Shown here piece after piece: positions 26,567 to 40,650 of a stretch of DNA of 64,000 bases. The notes beneath the pieces are model-generated. The model was not told the DNA's origin. It did no database searches and worked only from the letters and a program-made list of their open reading frames with translations. The stretch's first letter is position 1. Every line of letters starts with the position of its first letter. Both the position numbers and the translations under genes were made by a program. Origin of the DNA: Eledone cirrhosa (taxonomy: Eukaryota); assembly GCA_964016885.1 (NCBI GenBank), contig OZ024750.1, positions 20,522,001 through 20,586,000 on the forward strand, read 5' to 3'.

Positions 26567-28079
26567 CTACGTATAATTGATATATTCAAATGATATCTGT
26601 AACATTGTTATTTCTCTCAGCTCTATTGAAATACAACGCAATTTGTAACAAATAAGACCGAATTAATAACGAATACACAAATATAAAATGTTTGGCCCAC
26701 TTAAAAGATATTTAAGAAGATATAAAAATAGAGAAAGCAAAAACAGTTGTTAAAAAACACGAAAATAGTTTGGGAGGAAATTTATACACAGTGTGTCATG
26801 TGGAAATGAATTTTGAATGTATTGCCAGTGAGGTCAACCAGTGAGGTACAATGCATCAGTTATTTCACCTTATGTGTCTCCTTCCGAACCCCAATTATGA
26901 TCCTCCCTATTTTGCGTAGATTCCCAATACCACGTGGCATAACATGTAAATTAATCCCAATATTTGGCTATGGTGCTCTGATTTGTGACCGAAGTGATGT
27001 GGTTGGCACATGAGGAACGGTCGCAACACGTGGCATCAAAGATTGTGTAATAAGAAATTGAATCCGGAAAGATTTAAGTATATTTTTGTTCAGCACGCGT
27101 ATCTGAGAGGCATATAAAAAATTATTTTGGTTGAAACATACAATAAAGAAATTGTGTATGTCGTCAGCTATGCTGATCACTCGTGATAGGGTTAATTTAT
27201 ATGTTATACGAACTCATCAACATCTTAGCTGGAAAACAGCGGACATATTAATTGAGGGCATCAAATCAGCATCAACAGTAATGGAGGCTTAAGAATACAA
27301 AGATATTCCAAGGTTTCTCTGTCTCTTGACATTCTCTCTTCCTAAAGCATTATTCGATGAGTTAGGGTTATTTTATTTTGTTTGGTTTCCTTTTTACTCT
27401 TACTTTTTTGTTATATATATTTTTTTTTCATTTACTAGGTGCGTAGGGAAATTGCTACTGGTGTACGGACAGTCGAATTTAATCAATATTTTACTGTCAC
27501 TGTTTTCATTCAATGCCTTTACTGTTGGAACTAAGTTGTAATTTAGATCGATCAAAGGACATCCGTGTTTGCGACGATGAGACTTTCAGTTGAATCCTCA
27601 GTATAATTTCCCGGGACATTAAGTATTAGAGAATATTTTGAGAGTAGTCCATTTGAATTAAAGGTACACGCCATCAAACTCGCTTTGAAGCTGATTCGGT
27701 CTACCCATTTTCACTCACGTTGCTAATTGATTCAGGTCCAAAGTGCAACCAGGATATAATGATTGTAAATTGAATGTTATAACCGTTCAGTTATTTCATT
27801 GCTAACCACCTTATACTGAGGTATATTTTAATATGTAATATGTGTTAAGGATAGAGACAGATGTGTAATTAGAATGTCTGTTAAAACGTCGAACAGAATG
27901 ATACGTCTTATATAATTGGAGTTCGATAAATAAATTTCCAGCTTAGTAGTGTTGTCGCTTATACGACGTCCCATCCCTCTCTTTCTATCTCTCTCTCTGC
28001 TTATCCCTCTCCCTCTCTCTCTCTTTCCCTCTCTCTGTCGAATTAATCGGTTATAAGAACTGGATAACAATTAGAAATC

Positions 28080-28770
28080 CCTGGCCTAGCAGTGCTACCG
28101 AGGAGTTTGCCAGTTCGCGATATACTTTACAGGTATGGAAGTGCCATCAGTCGAGCCTGTCTGTGAGGCGCACGAAGCGACTAGACTATCCTATACTCAA
28201 TCATCCAGTGTCCAAGTATCGCTGACTTGTGGGTTTATTTCAAACATCTGCTGTCGCGTGTAGGACGGGTCCTGCTATCAGCTAAGTCCATCACGAAGAT
28301 GGCCCCGCAGCCCTCCTTTGACCAGGAAGTGCAAGCAGATTTTACCTGCCTAGTAGCCATGGTGAAAGGTGTTATGTGGTGGATGCTACGCTCTCATTCA
28401 AATCAGGCTGGAGAAGGAAGTGTTGCTTTCCAGCAAGTTTCTTGAAAGGCGGGTGAGAGAGGGAAGAATGGCCCGAACATGAGCCTGCCATAACTGTGTG
28501 ACCGTAGTATCGAAGAACAACAACTGGGAGAACGCTCTTGCACTACCGATCTTGGTGACCGTGGCTTGTGCTGGCTTTCTCTACCATAAAACTCAATGAT
28601 CTTCCTCCTATTGGAGAATTTGTTTTGGTTTCAATTTTTTTGGTTTTATATTGTGTTATTGTTATTGTCTTTCATTCTGTATACGCACAACCACATAGTT
28701 GTACCATCATGTGCTGTCCTTAATATTTCCTTTATCTAAACCCTTGTGGTTAATAGAGAATCATTACTAT
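28080..28770 (+). pseudogene. L1/Tx1-clade LINE 3' remnant
   Basis: Degenerate zinc-knuckle region (..SD*TILYSIIQCPSIADLWVYFKHLLSRVGR…FTCLVAMVKGVMWW), followed by a T-rich UTR. Confidence 0.55.
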
Positions 28771-30049
28771 TACTTTTTTCTTGGCATTTCTTTAAATGAA
28801 TTGAATAAGATATATTTGTGTTTTCTTTTCATAATAAACATGGAAAACATATTCTTTGACTTGCTGATACAATAGCCCTTAATGAACCAATAGTGGTTAT
28901 GTTGAACATGTTGTATGTATTGTGATGAGCATGTGGAATGCACGTCATAAGAAACTGCGGAGATATAACATCTCTAAACTGTTGTAATTCATCTTTAGCA
29001 CATGATCACTGTGCTTCTTTTACTGTGCTAGAAATAAAACCTTAATTTTTCCGAATCAAAGAGTAGCACTCTTGTTGGTCGTATACAAGAATGGAGCAGA
29101 TCGCTATATAGCTAGGGCTATGGAAACTGTTTCCATTATTGATTCTCTCTGCCGATCTCAAAACCTAACAGACGCCGAGGTTCCAAATTAGAACCTTTAA
29201 TAATTCAACCAATATTGTGGAATCTACGCAGACTGCTTATTACAAGCTTCACGATGAAACGCATAGTAGATTACAGTGATATTTGAACACAGAACAGTTG
29301 GGAGTCCAGGTTTCTCAGAAGGATGATGGGATTCCCATGTGAGTGAGTGTGCTGGGGGGGGGGGGGGGGTTATGTGTGCGTGTATGTGTGTGTGTGAGCA
29401 AAGCTACGTTCAAATCCAGTGAGGTAAGGGCCTCGAATCGAAACGAGATCATCGCTAACAACGCAGAGAGAATGTCGTATTGTTGTGTAACAGCCAGCTA
29501 GAAATTGCAGTTGGGTTGGGTAAGGTTGGATTGGGTTGGTTATCATACCCTTGATGTTTTTTCTCTTCTTTGATTTTATAAAATGAATATCAATTAAACT
29601 TTTCATAAAATGAGTATCAATAAACCTTTTTGTGTATACCATAATTCCCTTGGTGTACTTACTTTTCGATTGTCGTTTATCGTTTTCCTGTAATGCACGA
29701 AGACACCAACCAACCAGCCAACGAACATCTCTCTTTTTTTATATTATATATAGATATAATGTAGCACTTGGCTCACTTCTTAATATAAATATTAATTAAC
29801 TACCAACACAAAAACAAGTTATATGCAAATTAGTACGTTCATTTCCGGAAAAAAATATGAGCGACTGGGTATATAATCACATCAAAGACGTATTTTCCTT
29901 GTGGTTGTGTAGGTTATATACACACCTTATGATGGAAGCCGAAATAGGTCCTAAAATCGAATACAGGTTTGTACTATTGTTAATTTTTCAATTCAGAGAG
30001 AAATTCCTATTTCTGGCATGTTTACATATCTACATATTAAAACTGTATA

Positions 30050-30084
<35 letters not shown>

Positions 30085-30653
30085 CCACAATTGCAGTTAC
30101 CTCTCTTTGTGTGTATATATATATATATGCGGGTTTAATTCTAGGATGATTTAGATAATATTCTTAGCAAAATTTTATTTACATTACCCATATTACGTTT
30201 ATCGTTGAACATAATGCAGAAACAACTTCAGTTCTTCGTTTAACATGTTTTCTTTACTTGTTTTATTACCACCACTTATTACTACTTCCCACCACCAATG
30301 CGCTAACCACTTATTATCAATGCTTCTTTTTATCTCTTGTTCCTCTATCTTACTAAAATTCTATATTGGCTGCTTTCCATGATGAAGAGCCGGGCATCAG
30401 TTCTTTGAAATTATATTCCGCTGTCTATCTTTACCGTCCATATAAGCAGCGACATAGTTTCACTTTCATACTACCTCCGTTTCCTCTTTTCTATCACTCG
30501 GTCACCTATTAGTAGAGTTATTAGAATGCTTCGCAATATTTTGTTCGTGTCTCTGCGCTTTGAGTTCAATTCACGCTGAGTTCTGATATATCTTTCATTC
30601 TTTCAATTTCAAGAAATAAAGTATCTGCCTAGTACAGAGATCGATTCTTCTAT

Positions 30654-30713
<60 letters not shown>

Positions 30714-32189
30714 ATAAGAAAAGAATTTTGTTTTTCTAAATGAAAAAAAACAAGATGTCATACACGAGTGAAAATATAAGGAAAAAAGATGAAATGGAGA
30801 ATGCAAATGGAGTCATTTTAAGAATTGAGATGGTGGGATGCGAGAAAAACCACAAACACTCCATCTAAATTCTACTTTTGAAAAGCAGAAGAACTGTGAA
30901 TCCGGTAAAGGAAACAAATAGATATTCTTAAAAGGACTGAAGTTGCATTTTCGATTCCATCTTTTTGCCTTATATATATATATATCGCACTCTCACTTTT
31001 GAAGAATCTGCTTATGTTCCTAATGTAGTCAAATGAGTTACGTCTCGGTTAAATTCCCAAATCATGCCGTAGGTTTTAATGGTAATGCTTCGGCTGCATT
31101 TAGTGTTAAGGATGTTTGGCATGACTTGTCTAATTCACTATTTCCTTCCTATTCCTCCATTGTCATTTTCTCATCCTGCTCTAAACAGGCTTTGATTGAT
31201 ATTTCAATTTCAGTTATTTGCTTCCCATCCTTCGAAGCACCTTCCTTCTCATATGTATCTCAATCAGCATCAAATAACTTACAAAGGCTCATTTAGTATA
31301 TTTACCGCAAACTGTCGTGTCATGTGCATACTGTTTCATATTTAGAGTGGATCAGCTGTATGCCTATGTTGCTTAAGAGGTGACTAGAGATATTGAAGCC
31401 AGGAATATGAGCAAGCCGTAAAACATTTCCTCTGAAAGAACAGCATGTTTCATACGAATAGTCTGTAATTCTAGCCAATGTTTAATCAGGAAAAACGACC
31501 TAAAAATACAAGCTGTTTTATTCTGTTTAATTACCGCATTCAAATACGGACCCCCTCCCCTTACGAGCAGCTGTTAGAAGATTTCACGTCATAAATTAAA
31601 GTATGTGTGGACATCCCCAAACACCGTTAGGACATTCTACGGCTTTTGTTGAAGACATACACACAAACCTTATATCCTAATCGATTGCAATACTCGAACG
31701 AAAATTGTTTATCGATTTCCAAAATTGAAAATCAAATCTAATCTCAGTATAATTTGAATTCTGGTTGCTCTAAGCTGGGGAAATGTATTAAACCGTCCTA
31801 TCCAACGTTGTAACCATCTGCAAAATCCTCAAACCTTCAAGTTGTAAAATGGGAGGTGTTTTTTATTCATTGGAGTTTTCTGTCCAGGAACTAACATAGT
31901 AGCTAAATAATCGCCAAAATAGCAGCTAAATAATCGCCACCCTCATTCTTTTGTCTTTAAGAAGAGAGGAAACACTGTAAAATGTAATATTACATAAGCC
32001 AAGCCAACTGATGTGATTTTGCCTGTTATCGTAGTTCTGTCAAGCGTTTGATTACTGCACAGTCGGTTTCATACTCATTCTTGATACAGAAATTAAACAT
32101 TAACTACAAAGAAATCAACGATAGATTATTTATACATGTTTCTCTTGACATACCATATATGATATATTAATATGACATGTGTACCAGCA

Positions 32190-32272
<83 letters not shown>

Positions 32273-34351
32273 TTTACCATTCAATAGTTTCCAGGCAATG
32301 TTTCTTCAATCTGCAATCCGTATTTAATATAATCTCAATGATAACTTATTGTATATATTTGATGATATAAATCATAACGATACATATACTGAGATAAAAT
32401 CCTACAAAGGAAATACTAGAGCTTTAAACAAAACTAACAACATTTTATTGTCAGATACATCATGTAATGAAATGACCCTGTAATGTTGGCAGTAAAATAT
32501 GGATAGTTTTCAATCTTCAGAACAAAATATAACAGAATCTCTTGTTATATCTATGTATTATTAGGCTTCTCATGTTTATGAGATGAATATTGTATTGTAT
32601 TTATTGCATTGCACTGTAAATAAACCATGTATAATTGGGTTCCACGGTCACATATTAGCATACGGAATTTCTCGCATCTTTCTCCAGTTAAGTTGAATCG
32701 TAATCTCATCAAAATAATTCATACAGCCATCATATATCCGAACTGACATTACGAGTTGAAACATAGCAAGGTTTCGTCAACCCATCATTTACGTCGTATG
32801 TACACATGTATTATTATATAACTTTATTTAATCTAAGGAAAAATATCGATATAGCAAGAAAGAAAGACTCAGAATAGTATGTAAAATCTCAAAATGTTCA
32901 CTGAGAAATTATATATAAAAGTACTAATTATCAGATTCGAATCACTTAAATCTCAATGGTGGAATACTAACCAAATAAGGAATAAGGGAGGTAACCAAAC
33001 TGACAAAGTTTATACATTGTACATATTTACAAACATAAATTTACAAAATCAAACTAACACGAGATGCTTTCTGTTCCTAAGGTATAGTAAAGCCGTGCCA
33101 CACTTTATATTACTTAGTGTTAACTGAAATGAATTTAGGATACATTGGTATATTAACATTTCATTATATATTTATATGTGTGCGTATATATGTATAATAT
33201 ACACACAAACATACATACACACACACATACGCACACACACAGTATATATATATAACATGCACACAGACACACACACACATATATACACACACATACCCAC
33301 ATATATATATATATGTATGTGTGCGCACGCGTGTGTGTGATGAAATTGCAATATAAAAAATTGTAATGTACTTCATGTATATAAACAATAAGAACAAGTA
33401 AAGTGTATATTGCGTACATATCAATACAAATATAATAGTGAAGATGCCAGATTACAAAAGTTCATCTTGTTACGGACTATTCATTTATTGAGGTATGAAA
33501 ATCTGATGTTAAAATGGTACGAGTGAGGGATTCCTTGATATGGCAATGCGAAAAGAAGCGAGAAGTTGAGTAAATCTGAGAAAGCAAATGAGGTGTATCA
33601 AGGTTTCTGATAACCAATCCACGATACATTTTATTTATATTTCAAATCTTATTCATTTCTATATATTTACGGTAAAATATTACATTATTACGAATCGAAA
33701 TGGATGTAGAGATTGAAGGACGATGATGCAGAGACTGCAAAGGAAGCAATGTCTGAACAACAGAACTATGAAATAATTAGGGTTTGAAAAGTTGCTGATT
33801 TTGATGTAGTGCTCGAATGAAATACGATTAATTAGATTAATATATCTACAAACCATTTATGCAAGCTGGGCGAACGCAAGAAATAATCGAATGAGATAAT
33901 TCCATATATGTTTGGAATATACAGAAGAGGCATAAAATTAACCATCATATAACATCACGAAAATTATTCTTCTATTGTACTTTCCATTGCTGATAAGTTA
34001 ATATGGAATGTCGCTCTCTCCATTGCGATGAAGAATGGTTCAGTTGTTCAAACAAAGATATAGCCCCGTTCACCATTAATGTACTTCCCAAACAGCCTGA
34101 CAAATTTAAAGTGAGACAGTAAGCTACAAAGCTGGTCATTTGAATTACTGTTACGACTCATTGTTGCCACCTCAGCTGATTGGTGCAAGGTTAAATAAAT
34201 CGCCGGATATCGAGATGATGATCGTTCGATTTTGAGTCAAACAGTCTAACCAATATGACCCGTTCTTTCATATATACATAGTCTTGCACACTTATATATA
34301 TAATTACATTCGGGCAAACACACACATATACGCACCCGCCCCCCCACACAC

Positions 34352-34382
<31 letters not shown>

Positions 34383-35149
34383 ACATCCCTGAGCAAGGCA
34401 TTTTGCTATGTGTTGCTTCAGTCCACAAATCTAGCAAAACTGAGTTGTATATTTAGTTAGATGACCCAACGCTGAATCAACTTGATCACGCTGAATCTAC
34501 TTGAGATATTTGATACGATTACCCTTTGAAATGTTCTACGAATTATAGGATAATTTCATGAGTAGTTTGTTCCGTATATAAAACATATTGAATACACATC
34601 ATGGAACCGATTGATGCCCAAAATAGAAATTGTATACATGATTATAAGTAGCATCACCAATGGATAAACCAACAAAAATATAGTTTCCTTGTTACATTCA
34701 GACACACAACTTCTTTCCTATGAATATTCCTTCATATATAAAATATAAATGCAATATCTATGATATCAAAGTATTATACCGAGCTTTGTGTCCGATTTGC
34801 ATGTATTAATGATTCACTACCGACCTAATGCCATTACGGTATACATTCATAAATGAAACTGCTGAAAGAATGTGCCTTCCTTTCTAAAACAAACATTGAG
34901 CCAACATCTAAATAGTATTGTAATCGTAGTACATAGTATGTTCTGTGAGTGCACTGTCGGTATTAAAAAACCCATTACTGGAAAAACGAACTGTATTAAT
35001 TCGGTTAATAATTATAGCAAACAGCTTCCAGTCAATGTTTAGATCCTTTCACATTCTCTCACACAATCTCCTGCTATCTTCCCCTCTCTCCTTCTCTCTC
35101 TATTCCATTTGTTTTCCATTTTAATTATCTTATTCTATATTATGTGTAT

Positions 35150-35164
35150 TTACACATGTGCGTG

Positions 35165-35257
<93 letters not shown>

Positions 35258-35262
35258 GTTTG

Positions 35263-35309
<47 letters not shown>

Positions 35310-35326
35310 GTATTTATATGTATGTT

Positions 35327-35363
<37 letters not shown>

Positions 35364-35467
35364 TTATATATGTATATATATGTGCAGGTATATATATATA
35401 CATATATACCTCCACATATATATACATATATAAATACATACATATATATGCATATATATATATATAT

Positions 35468-35511
<44 letters not shown>

Positions 35512-35566
35512 GATACATATATATAAATAAATATATATATATATATACATAGATACATATATATAA

Positions 35567-35605
<39 letters not shown>

Positions 35606-35675
35606 GATACATATATATAAATACATATATATATATGTATATATATATTTATACATACATATATATATATATACA

Positions 35676-35738
<63 letters not shown>

Positions 35739-35750
35739 ATGTGTATCTGT
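35150..35750. repeat. compound (TA)n microsatellite field (similar fields at 36110-36370, 38820-39305, 50300-50620, 63500-64000 and dozens of shorter tracts)
   Basis: Direct reading. Confidence 0.98.
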
Positions 35751-36110
35751 CACATATGATATCGTAATTATATAGATTCCAACCATCATTTTAGATATAA
35801 TTACCAAACTCTTGTATATTTTATAATCTCTTTAGCTTTTTTTATTTTACTTATAATCATTATTTTGTGTTTTATATATTATTGGTGGGAATTATTTTAA
35901 GCAGCTTGTAGAAAGTACGAGAGAATAGATAACGATGAAATAATGAAAGTAATGAAATAAATGAAACAAGAGTTTAAGTAAATATATTTAATATTTATTC
36001 AGTTTTGAGTATACTTTTAAATTGCATAATCTGTAGCAAACAATGCTGCAACTCATCGCGATATGAATCGTTGTAGCCTACAATCCATCTATAAATACAC
36101 AAAGACACTC

Positions 36111-36143
<33 letters not shown>

Positions 36144-36165
36144 GCGTGTCTGTGTGCGTGATCGC

Positions 36166-36206
<41 letters not shown>

Positions 36207-36216
36207 TATATGTATA

Positions 36217-36263
<47 letters not shown>

Positions 36264-36266
36264 GAC

Positions 36267-36363
<97 letters not shown>

Positions 36364-36440
36364 CATATATTTATAATAATAATAATATTAGTAATAAACG
36401 AAAGATATACACTTCATATCATCTGTATTTATTTCATTTT

Positions 36441-36590
36441 GGCAGTATCGGTAGAGAGTTGGACACCATGCTTTCTAGAATAGTTACGTCCCTTTACAGT
36501 CTGAGTTCAAATCCTTACGGGGTCGATAAAATAAAGTTCCAGTAATCTACTGAGTAATTGCTGGCCTTGTGCCTAAAGTAGAAAGAATTA
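36441..36590 (+). mobile_element. SINE, same family, internal deletion
   Basis: ggcagtatcggtagag…ctgagttcaaatccttacggggtcgataaaataaag. Confidence 0.82.
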
Positions 36591-36718
36591 TATATAATTA
36601 GATGATGCAAAGTTTTATGTATAACATGTCTTCTCAAACAAAATTCATAATAAATGTATAATTGTTTTCCTAGTACGCTGGTAAAAAAACGAACTGAACA
36701 GATCGATGGCCACTAAAT

Positions 36719-36787
<69 letters not shown>

Positions 36788-37734
36788 TATACATATATAT
36801 ATATATATATATTATATATAAGAAATTAAAAACGCAACTGGAAACCTTTCAGAATATGTATTCACTATAGCCGTTTCACATTACTTATAAATTTCAAAAG
36901 TAAAATTGTGATGGAGACTTTGTGTATTTGTTATATATATATATATGGGTGTATGCACGTACATATATCTGTGGTTGTGTTTGTTAGTGGTGGTGAGAGG
37001 GGGGGGGGGTTCTAATGAAACTACGCCGTTTCCAACGACGAATGAACCCTTTGTCTGAACAACGTCATATTCTGGTCATGAAATTAATGTGGTGATGATA
37101 AGCTTGCTACATGAACGTGACCACTGGGTGCGACATACTTGTGACAAGGCTATACATTTGATTTACAAGTACAGAGCATTATTGCTGGAGCCAAGTGATT
37201 GTCGGACATTCAACTCGCGCATTTACAACATGAATAGTTAACCCTTATGTATATGTTGATAACTGCATCAGCTAAAATTCCAATAATTTCAACATAATTA
37301 AACTGAAGATTATGAGATCGAAACTTCATATTCAGTAAGGGCATATATGTGATATCATAATGTTTGTTCAGAATAGATAAACCGGAGAGGTTCACTCAAT
37401 AAATCAATGCTTTTCAACGCTTATCTTATACTAATTAAAAACTTAATACGTATATACTTATGTTTAATTACATATTATCATCGATTTAGATATATTAGAT
37501 ACACAGTCATTAAGATGCTTGATGTGCTGTCTTGAAATATTTGCTTCGCTCATATATTACAATTTAGTAAACAATATAACGAATAAGACCCCTATTTCTC
37601 TGAAACATTAACTCCAATCAGTATGCCGTGCCATTAATTGGTTTTCAGGTCTGGTACATATGTTATGGATCTTTTTTGCCAAACTCTAACCCCACTGACA
37701 AGATGCAGATGCACAGACATACATAATTAGTGAA

Positions 37735-37881
37735 ACTAGCAGAAAGGCCCGGCGTTGCTCGGGATTAGCTCTAGGGTTATTATATATTTGATATATATTT
37801 ATCCTTATCGAGCCTCGTGAAATAAATACGTTTGTTTATATTTTGTTACTGTGTATGCAAAAATCGGTGTACGCGAATGTA

Positions 37882-37937
<56 letters not shown>

Positions 37938-38049
37938 CAACAGATTGAAACTTAAGCAAAGAATCGGTGATTTCACTCTTAACGGGATCTTCTGAAACTA
38001 AAAAAATAAATTTGTGAACGCAGAAGTAAATATTTCGAAAAACGTTACA

Positions 38050-38113
<64 letters not shown>

Positions 38114-38447
38114 ACACTATATATGTATATACATACACACAACCCCCCCCCCCACACACACACAGATAGCGTAATAATGTCGTAATGCAGACAGTCAGAC
38201 ATACAGACAGATAGTATTAGGGCGCGACGTCGTAGCAATGTATCAATTACAAAGAAAGACTAAGCATTATAGAGAGAGATCGCTAACTCGTATAATGCGG
38301 TCACTGGGGCATCGAACATTTGAAATATGTTTAGCTCAAAACACTCACACGCCCATAAGTATTACATGTGTAAAGTTCAAAAAAATCGGTTGGGTGGTTC
38401 TCGAGTTTTAGGGAGTCAGGTAGACAGTCTGTTTTAGATATATAGAT
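37735..38447 (+). mobile_element. probable non-autonomous Helentron/DINE-1-like pieces with nested insertions
   Basis: 5' actagc..cccggcgttgctcggg hairpin; (GACA)n; 3' aaaatcggttg…ttttagatatatagat. Confidence 0.5.
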
Positions 38448-38463
38448 AGCACAAGGACACAGA

Positions 38464-38519
<56 letters not shown>

Positions 38520-38819
38520 TGGAATCTGCTAATATGCAGATCTGACTGATCAGCCAATCTACTAATATGCAAATCAGGCCGATCAGTCACTGTATATTTT
38601 AGAAAATATCATATATTTTCTAAAATTGGCAGATGAACAGCGAACTGCATTGATGAAGGGTAACACCCAGAAATATTAGCGTCTGCAGTTCTATTTACAT
38701 GCCAACACAAGAGCAACAATGAGGGGCTCATTCTACATACATTGTTTTTAAAATGCGGTTGTTTGTATAATTGAAAACTAATCGAATATAATTGTTTATA
38801 ATCGAAACACACAGATTAG

Positions 38820-38892
<73 letters not shown>

Positions 38893-38969
38893 TTATATAT
38901 ATATATATATATATATTATATATTATATATATATATATTATATATATATTATATATATTATATATATAT

Positions 38970-39001
<32 letters not shown>

Positions 39002-39025
39002 ATATTATATATATTATATATATAT

Positions 39026-39056
<31 letters not shown>

Positions 39057-39075
39057 ATATATATTATATATATAT

Positions 39076-39110
<35 letters not shown>

Positions 39111-39118
39111 ATATATTA

Positions 39119-39167
<49 letters not shown>

Positions 39168-39195
39168 ATATATATTATATATATATGATATATAT

Positions 39196-39227
<32 letters not shown>

Positions 39228-39306
39228 ATATATATTATATATATATATATATATTATATATTATATATATATTATATATATATTATATATATATATTTAT
39301 TTATAT

Positions 39307-39535
39307 AAACAACACAGTATGGTTATTCCATTACCAAAGTGTTCAGGAAAGTAGACGATTGTATATGTGCGCTAGTATTTGCATATACATTCTATTTCTA
39401 TCTTAATAGATTTTAATTTCAAATCTAACATCCATAACATACATACTTCATCTGTCGAGCGTACTGGACGTTTCTGATATGATCGTCTAGTTTCCTGAAA
39501 ACTTTGGTAATGGAATAATTGTATTGTGTTGCTTA
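39307..39535 (+). mobile_element. fold-back element (arms ~39309-39360 / ~39482-39531) with degenerate HHR at 39447-39514
   Basis: Arms ttattccattaccaaagtgttcaggaaagtagacgat / atcgtctagtttcctgaaaactttggtaatggaataa. HHR parse: uucau-CUGUCGA-…acuggacg…cgucuagu…-GAAA-ACUUUGG-UA-augga. Confidence 0.7.
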
Positions 39536-39662
39536 TTATGTAATTAATTAGCTCTGTACTATACATACAACACCCTTGTTTCCTTTACCTTGTATACAGA
39601 AATACATAACACACACACAAACACACACAAACACACACACACACAACCCTCCTCCCCCCACA

Positions 39663-39733
<71 letters not shown>

Positions 39734-40489
39734 TAGTTTATTGGTAGCTTCTTAGGCAGCTAGAAGGAAAGGAAGATCGATAGGTAGATAGATAGATGAA
39801 TTGCAGTACGCACATACCTATTTATGAAGTTTTATATAATATAAACTCATGTTCATTACAAATGTTTGCTATACGAATCGGTGAAAAATATTGCGATATT
39901 AAATTTATTGCTTTTTTTTTTAAAGGAAGACATTTAACCATCAGAATTTTTCTTGAGGCATATCATAGAATTTCGCAGTAATAACGATGTATGAATGATT
40001 AATTGAATATCAATGCTGCCAAGATTCATGCATCATACATACGTGATCATGTGCAATGCTCGTCGACATCTTAAATTAGAATGGAAGAAAGGAAAACACT
40101 TTAGAGTACAGGCTAACATATGTTTGACATGATAAATACAGCAACAACTAAATGATAAATAGCACAGCTATACACTTGCATCAACGCCCTGTCATACGCA
40201 TACAATACGACTTCGTTGAATCTACACAGGTTTCGTGTATGTGGCTGTGTATCCATTACTAACGCATATCCTGAACATATTCTCAGGGAGCTAAACTATT
40301 AAACATTGTGTAGCAATGCTCGCAATTTTAAACAGTTTCTTTCTATACGATTTCCTTTAGAATGCATGAGTCAATCCGAGGCTTTGATAAAGGGCAATTC
40401 TCCATATTCCGAATTCTTGACTGAATGATTGCGATGCAAAATCCTGAAACATACGTCCATACTTGGTTCACTTATGAACAAAAGCACAT

Positions 40490-40650
40490 TGGACCTTCAT
40501 CGGTTTCGACGGCGAGTGTTCAATTCATTCGATGAAACGATGCAGCCTGCTCATAAATGAGGGTCAGCATGTGGGTGAGCATTCAACATTACACGTGAAT
40601 TCTGAACCTTCTTCTCGTGGTGGTTAGTCATGACATAATAAACAGGGTTG
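40490..40650 (+). mobile_element. degenerate SINE-like interspersed repeat of a second family (related piece ~37020-37150)
   Basis: cggtttcgacggcgagtgttc…cagcctgctcat…atgtgggtgagca; recognised from memory of cephalopod SINE bodies only. Confidence 0.4.
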
